From a virus (Duplodnaviria > Caudoviricetes), in the IMG/VR virus record IMGVR_UViG_3300033129_000784, positions 1 to 31,198 of that record: a DNA stretch of 31,198 bases; one strand, written 5' to 3'. Shown in pieces: positions 7,882 through 15,592 of the stretch. The notes under the pieces are model-generated. The model worked only from the letters and a program-made list of their open reading frames with translations, did not search any database and was not told the origin of the DNA. The translations under genes and the position numbers were made by a program. Position 1 is the first letter of the stretch, and each line of letters begins with the position of its first letter.

Positions 7882-8427
7882 ATGGAAAACGACATCACTG
7901 GTAATCGGGATGCGGCATATTCAAAATGGCATCGTTCCACATTACCAAAAAAACATACACTCATCGATAATGACCTATTCGACCTATCCGATTCATTTGT
8001 TTACACTATGTACTACAACTGGGATAAGGAAGGAGATTTGGTTCCACAGGTAACATTTGAGACTAAGGGAATTATCAGAGACTCTAACAATATTTTTATA
8101 TTGCCTGACCTAACACGATTTAGACAACAAATATTAGCACTCAGAGGAACAGCAAAAGGAAATAACAATCCTGCGTTCATGGTGTTCTATTATATAAAAG
8201 AAGAAGAAAAAATCACGTTCTTCACTGTACTTCCTCTAAACGCCAAAGCTAAAAAACTATTTGGTAAAAATCAATATCTCACACTTACCGAAAGACAATA
8301 CATTTCTTTACTTCAAAAGGTAACAGGAATGTCATTTGAAAATACAGGTAGCAGTGTAGATGTAGAGGAATTACTTTTCAAAGATACACTGTTCAAAGAA
8401 TCGCTAAATATTCTAAACATAAACTAA
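7882..8427 (+). CDS. Probable PD-(D/E)xK-fold nuclease-like protein (start revised from 7867)
   Basis: YSKWHR...D.D...FETK...Q...L...A....PAFMVFY pattern. Confidence 0.55.
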   Translation: MENDITGNRDAAYSKWHRSTLPKKHTLIDNDLFDLSDSFVYTMYYNWDKEGDLVPQVTFETKGIIRDSNNIFILPDLTRFRQQILALRGTAKGNNNPAFMVFYYIKEEEKITFFTVLPLNAKAKKLFGKNQYLTLTERQYISLLQKVTGMSFENTGSSVDVEELLFKDTLFKESLNILNIN

Positions 8428-8431
8428 AAAA

Positions 8432-8460
8432 AGGGGAGAACTAAATCTCCCCTCTTTTTT
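8432..8460. terminator. Bidirectional terminator between convergent genes
   Basis: AGGGGAGA-6 nt-TCTCCCCT, A run before and T run after. Confidence 0.85.
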
Positions 8461-8471
8461 ATCTTGGTAGA

Positions 8472-8831
8472 TTATAATAGCATTTTTCCAATGTATTTAG
8501 GTGCTATATATTTTTCATTAATGGATCTTGGTTCAGATTTTATAATGGTGGGATTCTTTATCCATCCTACAAATATAGAATTATCTCCGTAAATCCAACC
8601 TAAACACATAAAATCTTGCGTCTGTGTCTCAACTTTCCTAAATGTATTCTTTTTTTCAGGATGACAAATTACACAGGTAATCATTCTATTACTATGCAAA
8701 CATTTCTCACATTCGCTACATTGACCAAAATTTGGATGGTGAGAATGAATTTTATAACTACTTGCTCCAATGTCTCTACTTGAAGACACAACTTGCATAC
8801 ACAAGGCTAATCCTAAAAACAATTCCTTCAC
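8472..8831 (-). CDS. Hypothetical protein, hydrophobic N-terminus and Cys/His cluster
   Basis: MKELFLGLALCM; CSECEKC...CVICH; overlaps the upstream stop. Confidence 0.65.
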   Translation of the reverse strand: MKELFLGLALCMQVVSSSRDIGASSYKIHSHHPNFGQCSECEKCLHSNRMITCVICHPEKKNTFRKVETQTQDFMCLGWIYGDNSIFVGWIKNPTIIKSEPRSINEKYIAPKYIGKMLL

Positions 8832-9067
8832 GCAACAACCTCACAACTTTCTAAATCAACCTTTATCAAATCCATTTTATCACCATAGATTCCAAAACAT
8901 GAATATTTATCGATGAACTTGTAGGAATCGTATTTTTTATATATATCACTCATAAATAAAAATCCCATAATTCCTAAATCACAAAAACTATATTCATATG
9001 GATTAAAAGAGGATACCAATCTCCAATCAATATCCTCCGATAACATTACATATAACTTGATAATCAT
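8828..9067 (-). CDS. Hypothetical protein
   Basis: ATGA-coupled on both sides within the leftward early operon. Confidence 0.65.
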   Translation of the reverse strand: MIIKLYVMLSEDIDWRLVSSFNPYEYSFCDLGIMGFLFMSDIYKKYDSYKFIDKYSCFGIYGDKMDLIKVDLESCEVVA

Positions 9068-9282
9068 AAGGTAAAACTAAATATATCTAAACTACCTTCG
9101 CTCATCCAAAGACTTGCATGACCTAACAGTTCATTCCACTTATCTTCTGACATATTCAGCTCAGTCTTGCATACATTTTCTAAAACTAAAGGATTCTCAA
9201 AAATCTTGTCGCACGATTCTTTAGATAATCCTAACTTCAACAAAACACTCGTAATGGTAACCACTTCAATCAGACTAATCAT
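9064..9282 (-). CDS. Hypothetical protein (probable start MISLIEV at 9282)
   Basis: AAGGA upstream of ATG 9282; avoids overlap with ORF 9287..9409. Confidence 0.6.
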   Translation of the reverse strand: MISLIEVVTITSVLLKLGLSKESCDKIFENPLVLENVCKTELNMSEDKWNELLGHASLWMSEGSLDIFSFTL

Positions 9283-9286
9283 TTCT

Positions 9287-9409
9287 TTACTTATCCTTGA
9301 AATATTTTTGCACATATCCTAATAACTTGCTGACTTTCACACTAATGATAATCAGACAAATCATACATACACATACAAACAAACAAATCGTATCTACTGT
9401 ATCAGACAT
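9287..9409 (-). CDS. 40-aa single-pass membrane peptide (not in ORF track)
   Basis: GAGGA RBS; MSDTVDTICLFVCVCMICLIIISVKVSKLLGYVQKYFKDK; fills the operon gap. Confidence 0.6.
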   Translation of the reverse strand: MSDTVDTICLFVCVCMICLIIISVKVSKLLGYVQKYFKDK

Positions 9410-9418
9410 ACTAATCCT

Positions 9419-9700
9419 CTATCCTAACTTCTCTGGGTCTTTAGTAATCCAAAATATAAACTGTTCTAATATTGATAAAACAACCTGACCTGGAAATTTA
9501 TCAAAAACTTGCACGGTAGACTCAACAAAAATAGATTCCTCTACTGTCAATTCTCTACCTACTTTTTCAATTACCATATCCTTGAACATTTTAGGAATTT
9601 CTGGATAACTTGTATTTATAGCCTCATACAAGAAAGGGGGCAGATTACCTTTCAAACTTATAAAACAGGTAGACAACTCAATAGTAAAATCATCCGACAT
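9419..9700 (-). CDS. Hypothetical protein
   Basis: GGAGG RBS; tightly packed in the operon. Confidence 0.7.
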   Translation of the reverse strand: MSDDFTIELSTCFISLKGNLPPFLYEAINTSYPEIPKMFKDMVIEKVGRELTVEESIFVESTVQVFDKFPGQVVLSILEQFIFWITKDPEKLG

Positions 9701-9701
9701 T

Positions 9702-10007
9702 TTACTTATCCTCCGATTCCTTTACACTAACAATCTTGTACTTGCGGTTAGACTTGCACACACCTATACTATCATGTTTTATCTCACTTGCACACAGGAC
9801 TTGCATATTATAGAATGATTCCCACTTGCTCAGTTTTCCAGCCTCCTCTAACTCGCCTATATATATAATCTTCTCAGGAAAACTTTTTATATTTTCTGGA
9901 AATTTTATATATTCTTGCGGGGGACTTGGCAAAAAACTTACCAACTGGTCAGTTTTTATATTTGGCATACCTTTTCCTTTATATTTTTTTATATAGATGG
10001 TAAACAT
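9702..10007 (-). CDS. Hypothetical protein
   Basis: First long ORF of the leftward early operon. Confidence 0.65.
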   Translation of the reverse strand: MFTIYIKKYKGKGMPNIKTDQLVSFLPSPPQEYIKFPENIKSFPEKIIYIGELEEAGKLSKWESFYNMQVLCASEIKHDSIGVCKSNRKYKIVSVKESEDK

Positions 10008-10126
10008 ATAAACAATTCTTTCACTGTTCTTTGTATTTACTCATGCGTTAGTGTATCATTGTCGCAGGATACTTACAATATTATATCGCCTGTAGTGGAA
10101 ATATTTAGTTATGTTTTGTGGTTATA

Positions 10127-10155
10127 TTTATAACCTATTGCTGTAATGTTTGCCA
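10127..10155 (-). promoter_or_regulatory. Leftward early promoter TGGCAA-17-TATAAA
   Basis: Same CTGGCAAA -35 element as the two rightward promoters, 17-nt spacer. Confidence 0.45.
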
Positions 10156-10230
10156 GTATATCCTTGTGATTATAAGGAATCAACATTACCTATTTGCATT
10201 ATCCTACGATAAAAATATTCCAGTAATTTC

Positions 10231-10259
10231 TGGCAAAGGTAAACAGGCTACGATATACT
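10231..10259 (+). promoter_or_regulatory. Early promoter TGGCAA-17-TATACT (copy 1 of duplicated leader)
   Basis: Within repeat AAAAATATTCC..TTCTGGCAAAGGT..CAACAAAGGGATAGG. Confidence 0.7.
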
Positions 10260-10289
10260 GATAACAACAAAGGGATAGGGGATAGGTTC

Positions 10290-10703
10290 ATGTTCAAATA
10301 CAAGGTAGGTACGGTTCGTCTGTTCGGTACGCAGGAAAACTTATCTTTGACGCTACAAGGTTTAGAAGGTAATGTCGATGCAGTTTTGACAGAAGAATAT
10401 TTACAGTTTATCGTACCTAAAACAGATATAGCTGAGTTTTCTAATATAATCGAAAACCTCTGTGATGAAGGTCAATATTTAGGTGCAGTTATCTGGGAAG
10501 GTTTACACTACGGCGAACCATGTGAGAAATATATTTTTTCATGGAACTCTGATAACTGGAATATAACCCGTGATACTTTGAAAAACAGTGGCTATATAAA
10601 AGAATACTTCGCCTACAAAAACAGTGCAGAATACGCACAAGAAAAGAAGGATAGACAGATACGCAAGGTAGAAAAGGTACTGTCAAAACTATCTGTAGCG
10701 TAA
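10290..10703 (+). CDS. Early hypothetical protein
   Basis: 137 aa directly after duplicated leader copy 1. Confidence 0.75.
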   Translation: MFKYKVGTVRLFGTQENLSLTLQGLEGNVDAVLTEEYLQFIVPKTDIAEFSNIIENLCDEGQYLGAVIWEGLHYGEPCEKYIFSWNSDNWNITRDTLKNSGYIKEYFAYKNSAEYAQEKKDRQIRKVEKVLSKLSVA

Positions 10704-10723
10704 AAAATATTCCTACCTTTTTC

Positions 10724-10752
10724 TGGCAAAGGTGAAATAGGTAGGATACAAT
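10724..10752 (+). promoter_or_regulatory. Early promoter TGGCAA-17-TACAAT (copy 2 of duplicated leader)
   Basis: Same blocks and -35/-10 spacing as copy 1. Confidence 0.7.
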
Positions 10753-10780
10753 ATATCAACAAAGGGATAGGATAGATAAC

Positions 10781-10927
10781 ATGGAAAATATTTCTCACGC
10801 CTCTGATATCGCACGGGATAAGGTTTCGTTCACAGATAAGGTTACAAAGGATAAACAGTTTGTAGATAACTTTGTAGACCAATACCGTGATTTGATTAAT
10901 GCAGTGTGTCCAAAGGTAAAACTATGA
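10781..10927 (+). CDS. 48-aa early protein (not in ORF track)
   Basis: MENISHASDIARDKVSFTDKVTKDKQFVDNFVDQYRDLINAVCPKVKL; ATG at the equivalent position of leader copy 2. Confidence 0.65.
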   Translation: MENISHASDIARDKVSFTDKVTKDKQFVDNFVDQYRDLINAVCPKVKL

Positions 10928-10983
10928 AAACATTTATCACACAGTTGGTGCAGATATATCGTTTAGCGTTCAATATAAACTAA
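10924..10983 (+). CDS. Possible 19-aa peptide MKTFITQLVQIYRLAFNIN
   Basis: ATGA overlap with the previous stop, AAGGT upstream, ends before the terminator. Confidence 0.3.
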   Translation: MKTFITQLVQIYRLAFNIN

Positions 10984-11004
10984 ACACAAAACAGTATATC
11001 ATAT

Positions 11005-11042
11005 AACCCCATGGGCTACCGCCCATGGGGTTTGTTTGTTTT
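11005..11042 (+). terminator. Strong intrinsic terminator
   Basis: AACCCCATGGGC-TACC-GCCCATGGGGTT perfect 12-bp stem then T-rich tail. Confidence 0.9.
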
Positions 11043-11134
11043 ATATTTTAGCTGTTATATTTTTTCTGTCAATTCCGGTGTAACACTCGCTCGTCTGTTT
11101 TTTAGATCGGCACACCCCTCGATTAACCAGACCA

Positions 11135-11242
11135 ATTTTTTTCTACCATTATAACAATTTCAAACATAAACCCAAACAACCTATAAATAAAAAGGCACCT
11201 CGTTTTAGTTTTCAAAATTATGCCTCCTATTTTTTTCTACCA
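11135..11242. repeat. 14-bp direct repeat ATTTTTTTCTACCA
   Basis: Exact copies at 11135-11148 and 11229-11242 in non-coding DNA. Confidence 0.7.
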
Positions 11243-11257
11243 GCCACATATTTTTTA

Positions 11258-11286
11258 TTGATCTTTATAACTGTTTAGTGTATAAT
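11258..11286 (+). promoter_or_regulatory. Sigma70 promoter TTGATC-17-TATAAT, leaderless for ATG 11293
   Basis: Consensus -10, 17-nt spacer, ATG 6 nt later, no RBS. Confidence 0.7.
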
Positions 11287-11292
11287 ATAAGT

Positions 11293-11496
11293 ATGGATAC
11301 AAGGATTAGTTCAGAAGACATATTGGAATTGATTAGCCACAAATTATCGCCACATGAGATTTTTCTTTATACTTTGATGTTAGAAGGTATGAGTGAAGAG
11401 AAGATATTAGAAACATTAGAGATATCTTTTGAACAGTATAGTGATATGGTGGATAAGTTTAATTTTTTATTAGAAAATATAGCCTTAGATGTATGA
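11293..11496 (+). CDS. Small acidic protein, LuxR/sigma-region-4-like HTH (start revised from 11278)
   Basis: LSPHE.....L..EGMS.EKI.E.L.IS pattern. Confidence 0.55.
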   Translation: MDTRISSEDILELISHKLSPHEIFLYTLMLEGMSEEKILETLEISFEQYSDMVDKFNFLLENIALDV

Positions 11497-11788
11497 TATA
11501 ATTTTGGCTCATGATAAAGATTTAGGATGTAATAGCTGTAATTGTGAATATAGGAAGACATACATATTCAAGCGTTATTTAGATTTAGCATTTATTCCTA
11601 ATAGTTTTTATAGCACTAATATAACAGAGAAATTTGATCCATACAGTCTTAAGGTAAATGTAAATATAAATATGGATTGGATTCCTTTTTGTAGATCTTG
11701 TTATTTGAAAGAGTCTGAAGATTTATATAATAAGTATTTAAGGGCACGAGAAGATAATGGACGACGACTCATTAAACTTGTTAATTAA
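11489..11788 (+). CDS. Hypothetical protein, possible zinc finger
   Basis: CNSC ... CRSC pair; overlaps the upstream stop. Confidence 0.6.
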   Translation: MYDIILAHDKDLGCNSCNCEYRKTYIFKRYLDLAFIPNSFYSTNITEKFDPYSLKVNVNINMDWIPFCRSCYLKESEDLYNKYLRAREDNGRRLIKLVN

Positions 11789-12017
11789 GAAGTGGTTAGA
11801 AATTGCAAGATACAATCCTGACTTAAAATTTGAGAGTGAAGTAGAAGAAGATTTAGTTTCTTTTAAGCAGCAAATAGAATCTTTAGTTGAAAATGTATCT
11901 GACACTAAGAAGAAGTTTATTAGAAAAGATGATTTGAAGTTTCAGGATATGCGTATTGACAGCTATATGAATTTAATGCAAAGTAAAGTAAAGAGTAAAG
12001 ATGACAGACAAGATTAA
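11757..12017 (+). CDS. Hypothetical protein
   Basis: Overlapping chain of plus-strand ORFs. Confidence 0.6.
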   Translation: MDDDSLNLLIKKWLEIARYNPDLKFESEVEEDLVSFKQQIESLVENVSDTKKKFIRKDDLKFQDMRIDSYMNLMQSKVKSKDDRQD

Positions 12018-12681
12018 AGAAATAGTAGATCAATATTTAGAGGATAGAGAGCATTCTTCTTGGGGAACATATAAATATAAACTTAATAGCTGTTATTGGG
12101 TTAAGTTTCAACCTACAAAAAGAATAGATCATATTAGAGTTTATCTTGGTATTGAGTTACCAGGATATCAATATGTAACATCAGGAGTTTATGAGATTTA
12201 CAATGGACCTTTAAATGATGCTGATAAAGGATTAGCAGCTTTGATATTGATGAAATATAGGGAAGTTGAAAAGATGAATATGGATGGGATTTCTATAGGT
12301 TACAATTGTTACAAGAGTGTTTTAGAAGATAATGACAAATTAAGAGCACAAATAAAAGATTTAGAAAAAGAAATCCTTACTCTAAAAAATCTATATGTTG
12401 AAAATTATGAAGGATGTGGAGCATATGGATCAGCATTAAAAGAATCTCAAGCAATAAAAGATCTAAAAAAAGAAATTGATACTTGGAAAAAGGCATCAAT
12501 AGAAAATCACAATGCTTATTTATCTGCAATGAGTGGATATGCAGATTATCAAAACAAATATATTCAAGAGAAGATGGATCACACCACTACCAAATGTAGA
12601 GCAGTATTTGCTAAAAAAATATTATCTGGTGGGTGTGATGATAAAGCTATAGAGCATTATGATATATCTTTAAATGACTAA
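12001..12681 (+). CDS. Hypothetical protein with coiled-coil C-terminal half
   Basis: 226-aa ORF with heptad-like IKDL.KEI repeated twice. Confidence 0.7.
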   Translation: MTDKIKEIVDQYLEDREHSSWGTYKYKLNSCYWVKFQPTKRIDHIRVYLGIELPGYQYVTSGVYEIYNGPLNDADKGLAALILMKYREVEKMNMDGISIGYNCYKSVLEDNDKLRAQIKDLEKEILTLKNLYVENYEGCGAYGSALKESQAIKDLKKEIDTWKKASIENHNAYLSAMSGYADYQNKYIQEKMDHTTTKCRAVFAKKILSGGCDDKAIEHYDISLND

Positions 12682-12703
12682 TGTTTTTAATTATTGATAA
12701 TAT

Positions 12704-12714
12704 ATCGTAAAATA
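12704..12714 (+). promoter_or_regulatory. Putative late promoter motif ATCGTAAAATA upstream of the head operon
   Basis: Exact 11-mer, 41 nt before the protease ATG. Confidence 0.75.
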
Positions 12715-12755
12715 ATTTTATAATCTATATTTTTTAGTTATCCAGGAATATTAAA

Positions 12756-14150
12756 ATGATTAGTACCAAAGCAATGCCAGAAGATTTAAAAATGGGAGAT
12801 TTCGTTGAGTGGAGAGCCAGTGGTGGTAAAGCTCAAGGGAAAATTGTTGATATTAAAAAAGATGGTCCTGCAGAATCTTCTATTTCTGATTACACTTTAA
12901 CAGGAACAGAGGATGATCCTGTTTATGTAATTAAGCTTTTGCAGAGGGATCAGAATGGCGAAGACATTCTAACAGAGCAGACAGTTGTTCATAGAGCAGA
13001 TGCATTGCGTGTAATTCCAGATCCTATTAAAAGTGTTAAAGTATTTCAAGGTTCTAATATTAAAGCTACAGGTCGTGGAATGGTTGAAGGCTACCTTGTT
13101 CGCTTTGGCAATCCTTCAGACACTGATCTTGAGCGTGATTATTTTACAAAATCTACTGACTTTGGTATTGAGTTTGGTGATGGATCTATTCACAAGTTAG
13201 GTCTTTATTACAATCACGGCATGGATAAAACTCTTGGTACTAAGAAGATTGGTTATGGCTCTATCAAACTCACTGATAAAGGTCTTTGGTATGAGGCTCA
13301 ATTAGATATGGCTGATGAATATTCTAAGATGATTTATGAGTTAGCTCAAAAAGGTAAATTAGGTTTTTCTTCAGGTGCTGCAAGTCATATGGTTGAAAGA
13401 GAAAAAATTGGTAAGAGTTATGAGATAAAGAGATGGAATCTTGCAGAAGCATCTCTCACTCCTCAACCAGCGGAGAGTAGAAATATGGCATCAGTAAAAA
13501 GATATTTTGATGAGCGTGGAAGATTTATTCCATATACAAGAGAAGAATTAGCTCGTATGGAAGATAAAGAATATAATTCTTATATGAGTATGATGTTCGA
13601 CAAAATGAACACTAAAAATGATGGTGAAGATGAATACGACGATATTGATGATATGGTCGAAGGTTCAATAGCTGTAGGTTCTGATCCTTCTATGATTGCT
13701 GAAACTGTATTTGAGGATGCTAATCTTGATGTATTTAAGTATGGTCTCAAGTGTTTATTGATGAAACTTAAGTATGCTATGGTGTCAGTTTTAGAATATG
13801 GTACTGCAGAAGATGCAGATGCAATTCTAATGAAGTTCCATAGTTTAGCTCTTGATCTATTTAATAAAATGAAAGTAGATAGCATCTCCAGTGAAATGGT
13901 AGATGAGTCTGTAATGATGATGGATGAAGCTATGAAGAATGTAAAGCTTTCATCTGTTAAAGAAGTGGAGAAGATCTTGCGTGAGGTAGGATCAATATCC
14001 CGAAGTCAATCTAAACAATTGGCTAATCTGGTTTGGAATGTTCAGCGTGATGTTGAACCATCTCAAGAACCACAAACAAAAACAAAAAGTGATAATGCTG
14101 AATTAAGATATGCATTACTTGAAAAAGCAAAATCATACAAGAATATCTAA
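12756..14150 (+). CDS. HK97-type prohead protease with N-terminal Hva1/DUF2945-like Tudor domain and acidic C-terminal region
   Basis: GDFVEW.ASGG.A.GKI (Tudor-like); VEGY..F...D...D.F, YNH, GLWYEA, LGFSSG, EASLT..PA (protease); upstream of capsid. Confidence 0.88.
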   Translation: MISTKAMPEDLKMGDFVEWRASGGKAQGKIVDIKKDGPAESSISDYTLTGTEDDPVYVIKLLQRDQNGEDILTEQTVVHRADALRVIPDPIKSVKVFQGSNIKATGRGMVEGYLVRFGNPSDTDLERDYFTKSTDFGIEFGDGSIHKLGLYYNHGMDKTLGTKKIGYGSIKLTDKGLWYEAQLDMADEYSKMIYELAQKGKLGFSSGAASHMVEREKIGKSYEIKRWNLAEASLTPQPAESRNMASVKRYFDERGRFIPYTREELARMEDKEYNSYMSMMFDKMNTKNDGEDEYDDIDDMVEGSIAVGSDPSMIAETVFEDANLDVFKYGLKCLLMKLKYAMVSVLEYGTAEDADAILMKFHSLALDLFNKMKVDSISSEMVDESVMMMDEAMKNVKLSSVKEVEKILREVGSISRSQSKQLANLVWNVQRDVEPSQEPQTKTKSDNAELRYALLEKAKSYKNI

Positions 14151-14176
14151 AGTACACAGATATAAGGTGAAAAAAA

Positions 14177-15481
14177 ATGACTCTTGAAGAAATCCAAGCC
14201 AAGATTAGCGACAATGCTATCAAGGCTACTGCAATCTTAGAGCAAGAGGATGGCGACATTCTTGAAGCTCAAAAAATGATAACTGAAAATGAGGAATTGT
14301 CAAAGAAAGCTGAAATGATTAAAGCTATTTCTGAGATTCCTACTACAAATACTGAGGTAAAAAAAGTGTCTGAAATTATTCTTCCAGGATCTTCATCCTA
14401 TCACAATGTAAAGTCTTTCTCTCCAGATTCCAGAGCTGAGAAAGAAAAAATGGGTTATGCTTTCGGTCAGATGGCTAAAATGATTGGTCGAAATGATAAG
14501 AAAGCTCATCAATGGTTAGTTGAAAATGGCTATTACACTAAAGGTCAGAATGAAACTACCGATGCAGACGGTGGATATTTAGTTCCACAGATTCTTGCTC
14601 GTGAAGTTATCTTCCTTCGTGACAAGTTTGGTGTTATGAGACAAAATGCTCGTGTTATGGGAATGAGTTCTGACAACTTGAATGTTCCTAAAAACAGTGC
14701 ATCTACCACTGCATATTGGACAGCTGAAAACACAAACATTACTCCAAGCCAAATTACATTCTCAAATGTACAGATTCTTGCTAAAAAGCTTGCAATTATC
14801 ACACAGGTATCTTCAGAACTTAATGAAGACAGCATTGTTGATGTTGGATCTGCATTAGCAGAAGACATGGCTTATGTCATGGCATACAACGAAGACCTTG
14901 CAACCTTCCTTGGTGATGGTTCTGGTACTTATGGTGGAATTCAAGGTGTATGGCATGCTCTTGCATCTGTAAATGGTGGTGCAAACGCATCTTACATCTA
15001 TACTACAGGTAATGCAACAGCTAACTGGAACAACACCACTCTTGCTGACCTTCGTAAACTTACTGCATCTATTCCAGAATATGCTGATCGTATTGGTCAA
15101 TGTAAGTTCTATATGAACCGTGCATTCTTCCAACAAGTTGTTTGTAATGACTTGGATGCATTGTCTGGTAACGGATTCTTTGACCTTACCGCAGCTCCAG
15201 GACCAAACCCAACCTTGTTCGGTTATCCTGTTGTTTACACTCAGGTCATGTCCAATGATCCAACTCCTGCAGCTGATACTCCTCTTGCATTCTTCGGTAA
15301 CCTTACCACTGGTGCAATTATGGGTTCAAGACGTGATCTTAGAATTCAAGTATCAGATCAGGTTGGATTTATTTCCGATTCTCTTTACTTCCGTGCAACT
15401 GAGAGATTTGGATTTAAATACCATGACCTTCCAACAGTTACTGTTGGTGGATCTGTTGCAGTACTTGTTGCTAACAACTAA
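14177..15481 (+). CDS. Major capsid protein, HK97 fold
   Basis: N-terminal coiled-coil delta domain, DGGYLVP, KKLA....VS.EL.EDS, GDGS, L.GYPV, FGNL, FRA.ER motifs. Confidence 0.96.
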   Translation: MTLEEIQAKISDNAIKATAILEQEDGDILEAQKMITENEELSKKAEMIKAISEIPTTNTEVKKVSEIILPGSSSYHNVKSFSPDSRAEKEKMGYAFGQMAKMIGRNDKKAHQWLVENGYYTKGQNETTDADGGYLVPQILAREVIFLRDKFGVMRQNARVMGMSSDNLNVPKNSASTTAYWTAENTNITPSQITFSNVQILAKKLAIITQVSSELNEDSIVDVGSALAEDMAYVMAYNEDLATFLGDGSGTYGGIQGVWHALASVNGGANASYIYTTGNATANWNNTTLADLRKLTASIPEYADRIGQCKFYMNRAFFQQVVCNDLDALSGNGFFDLTAAPGPNPTLFGYPVVYTQVMSNDPTPAADTPLAFFGNLTTGAIMGSRRDLRIQVSDQVGFISDSLYFRATERFGFKYHDLPTVTVGGSVAVLVANN

Positions 15482-15503
15482 TCCTGGGGAGGATAAGAAA
15501 AGA

Positions 15504-15530
15504 AGGGAGGAGAAATCCTCTCTTTTTTTT
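15504..15530 (+). terminator. Terminator after capsid gene
   Basis: AGGGAGGA-GAAA-TCCTCTCT followed by a T run. Confidence 0.85.
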
Positions 15531-15554
15531 ATTAATTAATTAGAATGAAATTAT

Positions 15555-15565
15555 ATCGTAAAATA
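15555..15565 (+). promoter_or_regulatory. Putative late promoter motif ATCGTAAAATA restarting transcription for the neck/tail operon
   Basis: Exact 11-mer just after the capsid terminator, 27 nt before ATG 15593. Confidence 0.75.
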
Positions 15566-15592
15566 ATATTAGACCATTAGAGGATATCGAGA

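Noticed and set aside
10211-10780. Duplicated leader as a CRISPR array or attachment site
   Set aside because: Only two imperfect copies separated by a full gene; explained as promoter plus RBS; no cas or integrase gene
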